The notes below the pieces were generated by a model, which saw nothing but the letters and a program-made list of their open reading frames with translations, searched no databases and was not told the origin of the DNA. A DNA stretch of 42,443 nt from Nemertoderma westbladi. Taxonomy: Eukaryota; Animalia; Xenacoelomorpha. The stretch spans positions 1-42,443 of the forward strand of contig JAUCBJ010002830.1 in assembly GCA_032718475.1 (NCBI GenBank). Direction: 5' to 3'. Below are positions 1 through 10,110 of this stretch, in pieces. The position numbers were made by a program, and so were the translations under genes. Position 1 is the stretch's first letter, and each line of letters starts with the position of its first letter.

Positions 1-12
1 CATGAATTCCAT

Positions 13-3000
13 CGTTACGGAATTTCAAATCGCACTTGTTTTCTAAACTTTGGGTCAAAATAGCAGCTTGGTTTGCAATTGCCAATGCAAGCTATTATGA
101 CGTAAACGTAGTGCGACATATGGCCAACACTGTTGAATGTTAATTTTAAATTCTTAGACTGGTGAATCATGCAGCATGTCGCGTCTAAACATCGTTACGG
201 AATTTCACGAAAAAGACAAGCATATTTTTGAAAATTTTGTGATAAACATTTCTGCGAATTATGAGGTTGTTCTGAATTAATGAGCTTTGGGTGGGTTAGC
301 TATGAAGTGGCATGTATTAGATCCACAACAAACTACACAACGAAATTCATTTAGGCTATCAAATCTAAATTTTCTTGTCGTTACGGAATTTCAAAGCTGA
401 ACGTTACGGAATTTCTTCTGGAAAGTATAGTCAGTGAGACATGGGGCAATTAGTCAATAGGTAGTTGAACTGAATTCATTTACTACAAAAGGTGAAAATC
501 CAAAATAGAGACAGACAGATATATTATAGTCAACATTATACAGTAGGCCTACAGTAGAACCGAGTTAATTTACTAGAAAACTAGAAGCCATAGTAGTAGT
601 CCAGTTCAGGGATTCGATACATTCCCCGACTATTAACAGCAGCTGGTTCCTTAATGGCGACGACGATATCGCCCCGTTTACAGGATATACTTGTTGCAGT
701 ATCGGGCCACTTCCAGCTATATCCAACGCTCTTTTGCATTGCAAGGACGTTGGCAGATTCCCCTAAGATCTGGACGATTTTACCTGGTTTGTAATCGCCG
801 TGCTTGACGACAACATAATCGCCCTCTTTGAATTCACTAAGCCCCACAGTTGTGGCAGATTCTTCAGGGTGGAGTATGGTGGGTCCCTTTGCATTTGGAA
901 GAATGTTACTGAAACTGTGGATCTTGGTGGTAGTATCATTGCCATAGCGGCGGATGCTAATCGCTTCATTGTTTAAAAGCGGTTCAACATGATGGATTGA
1001 GAGACAATTGGGAACTGCCTCGACTCGCTGCCACAACTCAGCTGTGTTTTCCGAACACCAATCAGCAATATCTGCCTCTGTGATTACAATCACATTGGTG
1101 TTCTTGTCAACACTGCGCAGAGCAGTGGCAAATGACTCAGCATCTTGGACAATCATTCGCCGAGAGTTAATCACGCGCTGAACCATTCCCTTTGCTCTAC
1201 CTCCAACTGCATCACAGGGCCCCTTCCCATGCGATGTTGCAAAATAATCCCATGTAATAGTGAGCGTAGGAAACAGATGTGGTAACATACATCCGACAAG
1301 CGACATTATATACTTATTCTTAAACTGTAAACTAGGTCCATCGCTCCATATGTGCAACGTCTTAAGTCCATCTAACGTTAAATGTTCCAAGATCTTCACA
1401 ACACACGCAGACACAGTCTTCTTTTCGTGTTCACGTGAGTCAGATACTACAACCGTATTGTGAGCAGTTCCCTTTGCAAACACAACGCTCGTAAATATGC
1501 CTACCTGTTGTGCATTCCAGTGAGCCGATTGCACCTCATCCTGATATTTACAGGTGAAATTCTCAGCAAAGTCGAGTTGCATTAATGCATCTTCCGATGA
1601 TTCGCCCTTTGTAGCCGCCTTAGTTGTTTCATAATAGTCACTCTGGTTCCGCTTGATGAAATGATGAGCCAAAAACTTCGGTAACATCGCTTCAAGGGTC
1701 TCTATTCCATCTGCAACAGTCCCTCGCCGCTGACTCAGTCGCATTGCCGTTGCAATCCCGTTCTCGTGGAGGGTTTTCTTCCATTCCCACCAGACGAAAG
1801 GTTTACTGGTAGTCGCTGGCGATAGATCATCAATGTAGCAGGCAGCAAATTTATTAGTGCAAATATCACACAGACCATGCATGCACTTATTATTGGTCAC
1901 GTCACAAACACATTTAGTGATAAATTCATCTCCATACAACGGAAACTGATCTGGCATATCTCGATGCAGTGCCTGCATTAAACGGATGATGTTCTGGTGA
2001 TAAATGCATGTGCATACATTGCGCGGCAACTGCGATGACAGCAGGACATGTGCTGGACGCAACATGCAAAATTTGGAAAACCCAATGTCGTCCTTAGCAT
2101 TTGGCTGTTCAATATAGACTTCATATGCCTCTCGCAGCGTCATTACCATATGTCGCTTTTGTTTACGAACCTTTACACGATCTTCGTAAACAGACATCTG
2201 ATCTGCCTTGCCTGGTGCCTGTCGAGATATTTCATCCGACAAGTAATGCTGTTTAACCTTGGTGATGACCTCGGCACTTAAACGTTGGTGATGAATTTCA
2301 ACTACTGGCCGTTCATTCACCAACGATTGGTCCAGAGATAACTTCCGTATCACGGCCTTTCTTTTCCGCGGGCTGTTTGGTAAAGTGCATTTCACTCGTG
2401 CAACTGCTTTGCCTAGCGATTGGCACGTAGAATATCCAGCTGCATGGCCTGATTTCGCTGTCGATGCAGATACAGTCAGCTTATTTCGGCGGCATTTCAG
2501 CAGACTCGTATTATGTCTCCTGCGCAACTTGTCTAGACTACGTGGAGATAACGACTTTCGTTTAGCTGCCTTCCTTTCACTCTCTTGTTTCAAGAAACCC
2601 ACTCTATCTTTCTCGATTCTACGTTCCCTGTACTCACGCTGCCTTTGAGCGTTCGTTTTTGCCATTTTACTACCGGTAAATGAACTTTGTAAGTACAGCA
2701 GCTACTGCCTAATTAGGTAGCCTACACCATGTGTGGACTACAGAAACCGAAAGTAATTTGTGATACTGTAGTTGGGCGATACCAGACGTAGGCCTACAGG
2801 ATATTTCGTTACGGAATTTCAAAAACGAAATTCCGTAACGATATTTTGAAATTCCGTAACGGCTTTTTCTCAGCTTTACATGCATCATAATTTACGGGAC
2901 AACATCTGGCTGGTTGACACTGATGAACCGAAAGAGGAATCTTGTTTTTAACCCACAATGTCCAATATCCATCTACAGGTAAGAAGTTTCCTATGTTTTT

Positions 3001-3014
3001 CGTTACGGAATTTC
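13..3014. repeat. Dispersed 14-bp subterminal motif CGTTACGGAATTTC
   Basis: Forward copies start at 13, 193, 379, 402, 2807 and 3001; inverted copies start at 2827 and 2848. I saw none inside the ORF. Confidence 0.9.
581..2665 (-). CDS. DDD-type transposase (Sola2-like), 694 aa, uninterrupted
   Basis: Basic N-terminus (AQRQREYRER, LPNSPRKRKAVI); Cys/His motifs (CTCIYH, CMHGLCDIC); candidate catalytic Asp motifs LDFAENF, WSDGPSLQFKN and YFATSHGKGPCDAVGG. The family assignment comes from motif recall, not a database search. Confidence 0.8.
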   Translation of the reverse strand: MAKTNAQRQREYRERRIEKDRVGFLKQESERKAAKRKSLSPRSLDKLRRRHNTSLLKCRRNKLTVSASTAKSGHAAGYSTCQSLGKAVARVKCTLPNSPRKRKAVIRKLSLDQSLVNERPVVEIHHQRLSAEVITKVKQHYLSDEISRQAPGKADQMSVYEDRVKVRKQKRHMVMTLREAYEVYIEQPNAKDDIGFSKFCMLRPAHVLLSSQLPRNVCTCIYHQNIIRLMQALHRDMPDQFPLYGDEFITKCVCDVTNNKCMHGLCDICTNKFAACYIDDLSPATTSKPFVWWEWKKTLHENGIATAMRLSQRRGTVADGIETLEAMLPKFLAHHFIKRNQSDYYETTKAATKGESSEDALMQLDFAENFTCKYQDEVQSAHWNAQQVGIFTSVVFAKGTAHNTVVVSDSREHEKKTVSACVVKILEHLTLDGLKTLHIWSDGPSLQFKNKYIMSLVGCMLPHLFPTLTITWDYFATSHGKGPCDAVGGRAKGMVQRVINSRRMIVQDAESFATALRSVDKNTNVIVITEADIADWCSENTAELWQRVEAVPNCLSIHHVEPLLNNEAISIRRYGNDTTTKIHSFSNILPNAKGPTILHPEESATTVGLSEFKEGDYVVVKHGDYKPGKIVQILGESANVLAMQKSVGYSWKWPDTATSISCKRGDIVVAIKEPAAVNSRGMYRIPELDYYYGF

Positions 3015-4295
3015 AGAATTCGCAATTGCGTTTTTATACTTCGGTTTTTTGATCCCTGTGAGCACAGAACACCATAAGCGTGGCTGATATTTAATCAACC
3101 ACAGCCTCTTATGATAGCTTACAATTATTGGTTTCAAAATCTGTGGGAAAATGTGGCATTCTCTGTTTACCTACCTTCAAATAATGGCTAAAATCACATG
3201 CAAATTTACAAAAATTTTCCGTAAGTATATGCTTGTATTCAAACAGGCGCCGAGCGGCGCCATATTGTCGGCATGGTGAAACTCTTCTTGTTTCAAGTAC
3301 TTCAGGACATTAGTTGAGAGCTCCCATATTTGAAAATAGACATTGGGGGGTTTGATAATTGACATGCCATGTCCGTTTTCTCATGGAATTCATGTTTACC
3401 GTTTTACTAGTGTTTTCCTAATTTAGAACTATCCCAATGGGAAATTAGTAATATTTATACTGGCGTGTTACACATTAATTGATATATCTCCACAATTATA
3501 CTGCAAGGAAATTTAATAATTTCCATTAATAAAATTGGGATTGCTCTATTGATTTTAGGTGTAATTAATTTATTTGTTTTAGTTTGAAAACCACAATAGT
3601 TTATAATATAACAAATAATTTTTTGGGGATAAGGGTTTTTGGGGTCGTTAAATCCGATAGGCGAGGTTACATCCACCCGTTTAGTAGAGAAGTTGTGTAA
3701 AGATCAAAATATGCACTCTATAACCAGCAAAATTGGTATTAAAAATGGTTAAATTATTAGACAAATTTCCGTTGCTCTGGCAACTAAATTGGTAACTATG
3801 TAGAAGTGAATACTTATGTCAATCGATAGTCAATAGAATAAAATTGTCTGCACCAAATTTGGAGAAAATTCTATCAATAGACCCCTTGTTGCTATGTAAA
3901 ATCCATGTTGCTAAGGAAATAAACCGGAAATTGAAAGCCGAAATGAGCAAGTTAACGATTATTGGGATTGGGACTGTATATAATTTTATATTTAGAGATG
4001 GATGCAAATCCTGTGAAAATTAACTCAGTAAAGTACAGTATAATTTGATTAGTTCATTAATTATATAATTTTATAATAGTTCATTAAAACCGCAATAAAA
4101 TTTAAATTCAATTCAGATTGTTTTCCAGCAATTCAATTGATGTGTGCCGCCTTCTAACGTAGCGGCAACAACTTACTACTTATGCTGTCAATCACCCAGT
4201 TGGTGGTTTCATAGTCTAATAATCACAGTTGCAAAGCGGGAAGGAAGAGTTGTTTGTCGGCTTGGCTTGGTTTCTAAGAGAGATGTGGGGCGGGC

Positions 4296-4500
4296 CACGA
4301 AGTTAGCGAAGCCTTAGCATATGGGTACCATTAACGAGTTGTCTGTCGTCGTCGTCGTCGTAAATTTTTGATCGCTAATAACTCGGTTATTCCTTGATGA
4401 AATTAAACGAAACTTGGTACGTATGTAGTCCCTCAAAAGTTTAGAAAGAATCTCAAGATTGGTCAAAAACGAACGAACGCAACGAGTTTACAGTGGATAC
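4296..4500 (+). mobile_element. HINE/DINE-like (Helentron-associated) non-autonomous element fragment
   Basis: GCGAAGC hairpin-like motif, a (GTC)n microsatellite at about 4342-4360, then an AACTCG...GAAACTTGGTAC core. The first ~42 bp recur at about 5512-5553. Confidence 0.35.
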
Positions 4501-4864
4501 GAGTATTCATCTGCCATAAATCAGCAGTTACTCTCACAGTTTCGAGACTTTGAGTTATAAAGGTCGTTAGTCTCCCGTTTAGGGAAATTAGTTTAAGACA
4601 AAACAGGACGAGCGCAACGAGGCTAATGAAGGAGAAGAGTATTGTAAAACTAAAAATGTCATACTTAACTTAAATAGCCCTAGTTAGAAGGTTTACAAAT
4701 CACAGTTAAAGTGTGTAAGGGCAAACTGAAATGGATCTCTGTTTTTACAACTTGTTTATCACAAACTGATAGCATAGCCTTCACTCATATATATTTTGTG
4801 AAAGACTGTTTTCTTATATCTAATAGAGATTAGTATAATGTACTGTACTTTATAATATAGGCTC

Positions 4865-5516
4865 TCGTGCTGCGCGGAGGCCCCACGAACGTGTACTACT
4901 GCATTAAGCTGAAGATGGCAATGCAGGTACTGTTAAAGACTGTTCTGCCTTCTCCATTGTATTCAATTTCCAGTAATACTGTAGCTTGGTCTGTCTAAGT
5001 CAGATCAACTCGATTTTAGTTCCATGATGCAAAGGTTCTCTATGTGGGTGTAACTCTAGGTAGACGACTAACATTGGCGGTTTCAATTCCCCCCACACTC
5101 GGGCGTCAAGTCTCCCCCACACTCGGGCGTCAAGTCTCCCTCACACTCGGGCGTCAAGTCTCCCCTCAGATGTGCTTTTTTAAATTAATTGATTACTTTG
5201 AAAACGGCTGAACCAAAACTGGAAAACAATATATGGCAGGATAATGCAATAGTCAATACATGTGGGTAGTTGCACTGATTTAAAATACGGGTGCGAGTAG
5301 TTGCCGCAGTCGGTTTCCTATGGAATCTTACTATTTGTATCATGAATTTCTCGAGTAAACGGATAAATACAGTAGGTAAGAAAAAATATTTGTGATTTTT
5401 AATGTGTATATAAATTTTATCACAGTTATGTAGAAATTAGATACCGCAATCTACTCTGTGTAAATGCTCCAAGTTGGAGCAGTATTACACGTTCGTGGGG
5501 CCTTCGCGCAGCACGA
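4865..5516. mobile_element. Non-autonomous element bounded by 38-bp inverted repeats
   Basis: TCGTGCTGCGCGGAGGCCCCACGAACGTGTACTACTGC (4865-4902) matches the reverse complement of 5479-5516 with 2 mismatches. No clear TSD. Confidence 0.65.
5090..5168. repeat. 24-bp tandem repeat, 3 copies plus a partial
   Basis: Unit CCCCCACACTCGGGCGTCAAGTCT. Confidence 0.9.
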
Positions 5517-6125
5517 AGTGAGCAAAGCCTTTAGCATATGGGCACCATTAACGACGACAAACCGCCAATAAATCAAAGAGGGGAAAGTTCCTCCCCCCCC
5601 CCCCCCCCCCCAACCCTCTTTTAAGTTCCCCAGCCCAGGTTGGGACGTTTGGCATTTGAGTGCTGGGGATGTTTGGCATATATCACTGCTGCAATCCTTA
5701 CAGTCTGCCAGTACAGCAGTAGCCTACTGGCAGTAGGGGCCTACAGGTGTCTAGTTCCAGTGCAGCAGTGCCATTTCACTGTGTGCAGAGTGCAGTACAG
5801 CAAAGGACATTGAAGTACAGAAGTATGGAAGTGGTTAACTTGAGCAGTTAAGTGCAGTTTCAGCTACCGGCTGATCGGTACACCCAACTTCCCAAGCACT
5901 GAAGCACCTCCTAGCTCCTAAGTATCCCAAATAAAACATGTCCTGTACAGCTGTACTCAGTACTGCTGTACTGGTATATTAAATATTACAGAATTAGTAT
6001 ATTACCGGTAGGCCTATATCTGTCTGTCTGTATATACCTGTATTGCTGTATGTGTATACCTCTATACCGGTAACACTACTGCACTATCGCACTATGCACT
6101 ATCAGTATCCTTCAAAGTTCAAACA

Positions 6126-6229
6126 GTAAGACTTAATAATTTAATTACCGTAATTTATTCGTATATTTGTGAATGGTTTTTTTGTTTTGATTACGATATT
6201 TAATTTAATTATTTGTTTGAGTTTGACAG
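6126..6229 (+). other. Candidate 5'-UTR intron (or trans-splice outron/acceptor) upstream of ARV1
   Basis: GTAAGA donor-like site at 6126, a very AT/T-rich body, and TTTGACAG ending at 6229, 45 bp before the ATG. Confidence 0.35.
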
Positions 6230-6274
6230 TTTGAGGCGGGCTATTTAGTTAGGGCCTAGTGCGTGATATCGGTA

Positions 6275-6985
6275 ATGCAATTAGTCTGCATTGAATGCGG
6301 CGAACCAACGCAACAATTGTACAAGCGCTACACCGAGCAAATAATCAAACTATCTGTATGTTCCCATTGTAATAACATTGTTGACAAATACATCGAATAC
6401 GACGCGACACTTATCATCCTTGACTGCCTTCTACACAAACCTCAGGCTTACCTTCATGTTCTATTTAATGCTGATTTGAAATACCCGGAGAAATATATCT
6501 TGCTGATAATATTTTGCGATACATTTCAGCTGTGGATTTCCAACTCTAGTAATACCGACAGCGTTTTACCATCATCATTTAATGCTGCACTGTTTGCTGC
6601 TTTATTTCTCGTCGCAGCTATCGCTATATTAGTGTTTCTGTTTACCGCCGTTATTCTGTTCTTTATTATCCAAAGTTTCCATCCGAAAGCGTTTAATTGC
6701 AACGTTTCATTGAAGGAGTTGATTGACGCTTTAGTTCTGTCATCTGTTATTAAGATAATTTTAGTTCCCATATTAATTTGGTGCCGCGGCGATTTCTCGT
6801 TAAAGATCGCAACTGTCTTGGCCTTTTCTTGTTCCATCCAGGCCCTGAAGTTGCTGTTGAAATGTAACAAAGGTATCGCAATTCTGCTCGTCTCTTGTAG
6901 TTTAGGTTTGCAGCAACTTGTATCCACTCAGCTATTCAACTTTCTAACTCGCACTTTTATGGGGCAGCAATGCAACCACTGCTGA
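6275..6985 (+). CDS. ARV1: ARV1 ER membrane protein (sterol/GPI homeostasis), intronless CDS
   Basis: Arv1 homology domain CIECG...LYKRY...IKLSVCSHCNNIVDKYIEYD...LLHKPQAYLHVLFN followed by transmembrane segments. ATG at 6275 is preferred over the GTG at 6263. Confidence 0.92.
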   Translation: MQLVCIECGEPTQQLYKRYTEQIIKLSVCSHCNNIVDKYIEYDATLIILDCLLHKPQAYLHVLFNADLKYPEKYILLIIFCDTFQLWISNSSNTDSVLPSSFNAALFAALFLVAAIAILVFLFTAVILFFIIQSFHPKAFNCNVSLKELIDALVLSSVIKIILVPILIWCRGDFSLKIATVLAFSCSIQALKLLLKCNKGIAILLVSCSLGLQQLVSTQLFNFLTRTFMGQQCNHC

Positions 6986-7042
6986 TTAATTTATAAGACC
7001 TGTTCGCGATAAAAAATATAAATAAATTTATAAAACGGCACA

Positions 7043-9997
7043 ATGGAAGACGATGGTGAGGATCGGACATCGGTAGAGTCACTAGCGATTCAATCAGTTG
7101 ATTCGGCGGATATCTGCCGGGTTTGCCGTGGGGAGGGGACTGCCGACAATCCACTCTACTACCCATGCATCTGTATGGGCAGTATCAAGTTCATCCACCA
7201 GGACTGCCTGATGGAATGGCTGAGCCACAGTCGCAAGGAGTACTGCGAACTCTGCAAACACCAGTTCCAATTCAAACCCATTTACTTACCCGATATGCCG
7301 AAGCACCTCCCGGTTAAGGATCTCGTTTGCGGTGTCTTCACCACGGCTATCACGGGGCTGCGCTTCTGGGTTCATTATAGTCTCGTTATATTCGCGTGGC
7401 TAGCCGTAGTTCCCATATCGGCCTGCCGTATATACCGATGTCTGTTCGCCGGTACAGTCCGATCGTTGTTAACGCTCCCTTTGGATATCATCTCCACTGA
7501 GCACATCGTCACGGACATTCTCCAGGGCTGTTTCATCGTGGCTTGCAGCCTCTGCGCCTTCATCTGTTTGGTTTGGCTACGCGAGCAGATTCTCCAGGGC
7601 GGTGTGCCGGACTGGCTGGAGCGAGATCCCTTGGTTAACTTCATGGCACATAACCTTATGGGCCACGGCATCAATCATGGTAATCCGGCGCCGGTTATCC
7701 CGGTGGGCGGTCCCAATGCGGTGCCCGAAGATCCGGGCGTTCTAGTGGTGGAACCGGAAGGTGGTGGTGCCCCCGAAGACGCCCCGCCTGAACCCATGGG
7801 CGCACCTGCGGGTGCCCCTGCTGCACCTGTGGGCGTCCATGCTGCACCGGCGGACGACCCTGCTGCACCGGCGGACGACCCTGCTGCACCGGTGGGTGTC
7901 CCAATAGGCGACCCTCCCGCCCATGCGGTTGCAGCCCCCCATGATCCAGCCCCCGCCCCCCACGGTCCACCCCCCGCCCCCCAGGAACCCGCCCTCCCTG
8001 CGTTCGACGCTATTATAGCCCCAGCTGCCCCCGAGGAACTCACCTGGGAACGAATGCTCGGTCTCGATGGTTCCTTTATCTTCCTCGAACACGTCCTCTG
8101 GGTCACCGCGCTCAACACCACCTTCACCATACTCCTCGCCTTCCTCCCCTACCACATCGGTCGTCTCTGGGTCGGCCGTTTCGAGAGGCTCGACTCCTCT
8201 CTCAACCACTCCCGCTTCCAGGGCCTCATCACCACCTTCCTGGGCTACATAGCAATCTCCCTCTTTCTCCTCACTGGGTTTACCGTCGCCAACCGCGCCC
8301 GACTGAAGCGGATCAAACGCGCCCTCGGCCTCGCCTACATCAGCATCAAGGTCTGCATTCTCTGCTCCCTCGAGCTCGGTGTCTTTCCCCTCGCTTGCGG
8401 TTGGTGGATTGACGTCTGCGCCCTGGATCTCCTTAGCTCCTCTCTCAAGGACCGCATCGCTACCTTCCACCACTCTCCTACAACCTCCACCTTCCTCCAT
8501 TGGGTTCTCGGTATGATCTTCGTCTTCTACATCGCATCCTTCGTTATGCTCCTGCGAGAGGTTGTAAAGCCCCGCGTCCTGTGGTTCCTTCGCAACCTCA
8601 ATGATCCCGACTTCAACCCCATCCAGGAGATGATCCACCTCCCCCTCGTCCTCCATCTACGCCGTTTCATTGTCTCCGCCATTTTCTTCGGTGTCTCCAT
8701 CTACATTCTCCTCCACCTCCCCATCCAGACAGTTAAATCGGTCTTCACTTCGGTTCTTCCCTACAACGTTCAGCTCAACAACGACGCAGCAGTGAGCGAG
8801 CTCAGCCTCGAGCTGCTCCTTCTGCAGGTCATTCTCCCGGCGTTGTTGGAGCAGGGGCAGACGCGACGGTGGTTGAAGAGTCTGGTGCGGGCATGGGTAG
8901 TGGGTGCAGCGTGGGCGTTGGACCTCCGGGGCTACCTGCTGGGGGAGGAACCGGTGCGCGAGCGGCCCTTAGAGCAGCCCGGCGAGCAGGAGGAGGATGT
9001 GGGAGTCAACGATGAGGAGGAATGGGAAGACGTGGAGGAGTGGGAGGAGGATAACAACGATCTGGGACTGCTGGGAGGTGGGTTGCAGGCGGCGCACATG
9101 GCGTTATTGCAGAACCACCAACCCACAGCGGCGGCGGACGACGCCCCCTACAGACGGCCCTCGTGGTTCGGTGCTCGACTCATCCTCCTTGTCATCGCTA
9201 TGTTCGTTAGTCTATACGGAGTCAGCGTCCTCGTTGTCGTCGTCCCGCCCACCGTCGGCCGGTTTCTCATGTCCTTCTGGCTGGGCGACAAGTCGCAGGT
9301 CCACGAACTCTACACGTGCGCTACCGGGCTCTACGTGTGCTGGTTCGTCGTCAGGGTCACGCTGGGTGCGTTCTCTATCGCGCCGCACGGCCTCGTCGTG
9401 CTCTTCGATAAGGCCGTAGAGTGGGTCGGTATCGCGATGAAGGCTGTCGTTGTCGGCTTCGCTCTCTTCCTCGTTATCCCACTGCTCTTGGGACTCATCT
9501 TCGAGTTGGTTATCGTGACGCCAATCCGGGTCCCCCTTAATCAGACTCCGATATACTTCCCGTGGCAGGACTGGGTTCTCGGTGTCCTCCATGCTAAGAT
9601 TGTCTGCGCCGTCACCCTCATCGGCCCGCCGTGGCACTTCAAGAATGTTCTTGAAACTGTCTACCAGAACGGCGTTCGCAATCTCAATCTCACCTTCACC
9701 GTTCACCACCTGGTGTTTCCGGTTCTGGCTTTGCTTCTTCTCACATTGTGCGTTCCCTACACCGTCGCTCACTCGCTGACGCCGCTGTTTGTAAGCGATT
9801 CGGACGCTCGCGTCTTCGTGATTCGACGTATCTATCCAGGGATTTTGGTACTAACCGTGCTATTGACTTTCTGTTGGTGGCAGTTGAAGCAGGTCATAAA
9901 ACTCTACCAACACATCCGTGACGATAAATATCTGATTGGGCGACGACTAATTAATTACGAGAGGAAACAACAAGCGGTTAATGTTCCCAATGCATAA
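7043..9997 (+). CDS. MARCHF6: E3 ubiquitin ligase MARCHF6 (TEB4/Doa10), 984 aa, intronless CDS
   Basis: N-terminal RING-CH (CRVCRGEG...PLYYPCICMGSIKFIHQDCLMEWLSHSRKEYCELC), EELTWERMLGLDGS, CGWWIDVC, LRNLNDPDFNPIQEMIH, and C-terminal IRDDKYLIGRRLINYE. Confidence 0.97.
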   Translation: MEDDGEDRTSVESLAIQSVDSADICRVCRGEGTADNPLYYPCICMGSIKFIHQDCLMEWLSHSRKEYCELCKHQFQFKPIYLPDMPKHLPVKDLVCGVFTTAITGLRFWVHYSLVIFAWLAVVPISACRIYRCLFAGTVRSLLTLPLDIISTEHIVTDILQGCFIVACSLCAFICLVWLREQILQGGVPDWLERDPLVNFMAHNLMGHGINHGNPAPVIPVGGPNAVPEDPGVLVVEPEGGGAPEDAPPEPMGAPAGAPAAPVGVHAAPADDPAAPADDPAAPVGVPIGDPPAHAVAAPHDPAPAPHGPPPAPQEPALPAFDAIIAPAAPEELTWERMLGLDGSFIFLEHVLWVTALNTTFTILLAFLPYHIGRLWVGRFERLDSSLNHSRFQGLITTFLGYIAISLFLLTGFTVANRARLKRIKRALGLAYISIKVCILCSLELGVFPLACGWWIDVCALDLLSSSLKDRIATFHHSPTTSTFLHWVLGMIFVFYIASFVMLLREVVKPRVLWFLRNLNDPDFNPIQEMIHLPLVLHLRRFIVSAIFFGVSIYILLHLPIQTVKSVFTSVLPYNVQLNNDAAVSELSLELLLLQVILPALLEQGQTRRWLKSLVRAWVVGAAWALDLRGYLLGEEPVRERPLEQPGEQEEDVGVNDEEEWEDVEEWEEDNNDLGLLGGGLQAAHMALLQNHQPTAAADDAPYRRPSWFGARLILLVIAMFVSLYGVSVLVVVVPPTVGRFLMSFWLGDKSQVHELYTCATGLYVCWFVVRVTLGAFSIAPHGLVVLFDKAVEWVGIAMKAVVVGFALFLVIPLLLGLIFELVIVTPIRVPLNQTPIYFPWQDWVLGVLHAKIVCAVTLIGPPWHFKNVLETVYQNGVRNLNLTFTVHHLVFPVLALLLLTLCVPYTVAHSLTPLFVSDSDARVFVIRRIYPGILVLTVLLTFCWWQLKQVIKLYQHIRDDKYLIGRRLINYERKQQAVNVPNA

Positions 9998-10012
9998 GGA
10001 AGACTGGCAACT

Positions 10013-10087
10013 CATGGAATAGTAAATATCGGTATACATCTATATTTTTTATTTATTTATTATATATTCTAAATGTAGTATTCCATG
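10013..10087. repeat. 75-bp CATG-ended inverted repeat in the MARCHF6 3' region
   Basis: CATGGAATAGTA ... TAGTATTCCATG (12-bp arms, 1 mismatch) around an AT-rich spacer. Confidence 0.5.
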
Positions 10088-10110
10088 GTTGATAATGTCG
10101 ACCAATAATA

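Larger units (their letters stand above)
1..3394 (-). mobile_element. Autonomous-looking DNA transposon, Sola2-like (left end may extend beyond the window)
   Basis: CATGAATTCCAT at 1-12 is the exact reverse complement of ATGGAATTCATG at 3383-3394. These ends enclose a transposase ORF and 8 copies of a 14-bp subterminal motif. The target-site duplication (TSD) cannot be checked because the left flank is outside the window. Confidence 0.75.

Noticed and set aside
3455-4007. Short ORFs and repeated GTTGC..GCAAC (RFX-like) motifs
   Set aside because: Low-complexity AT-rich ORFs; the motifs probably belong to a decayed repeat whose ends I could not define.
5593-5611. Poly-C tract (others at about 16528 and 14643, the latter poly-G)
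   Set aside because: Simple homopolymers with no further structure.
6526-9779. Antisense and overlapping ORFs within ARV1 and MARCHF6 (e.g. 304 aa at 7742-8656)
   Set aside because: Shadow ORFs caused by biased codon usage; no recognisable domains.
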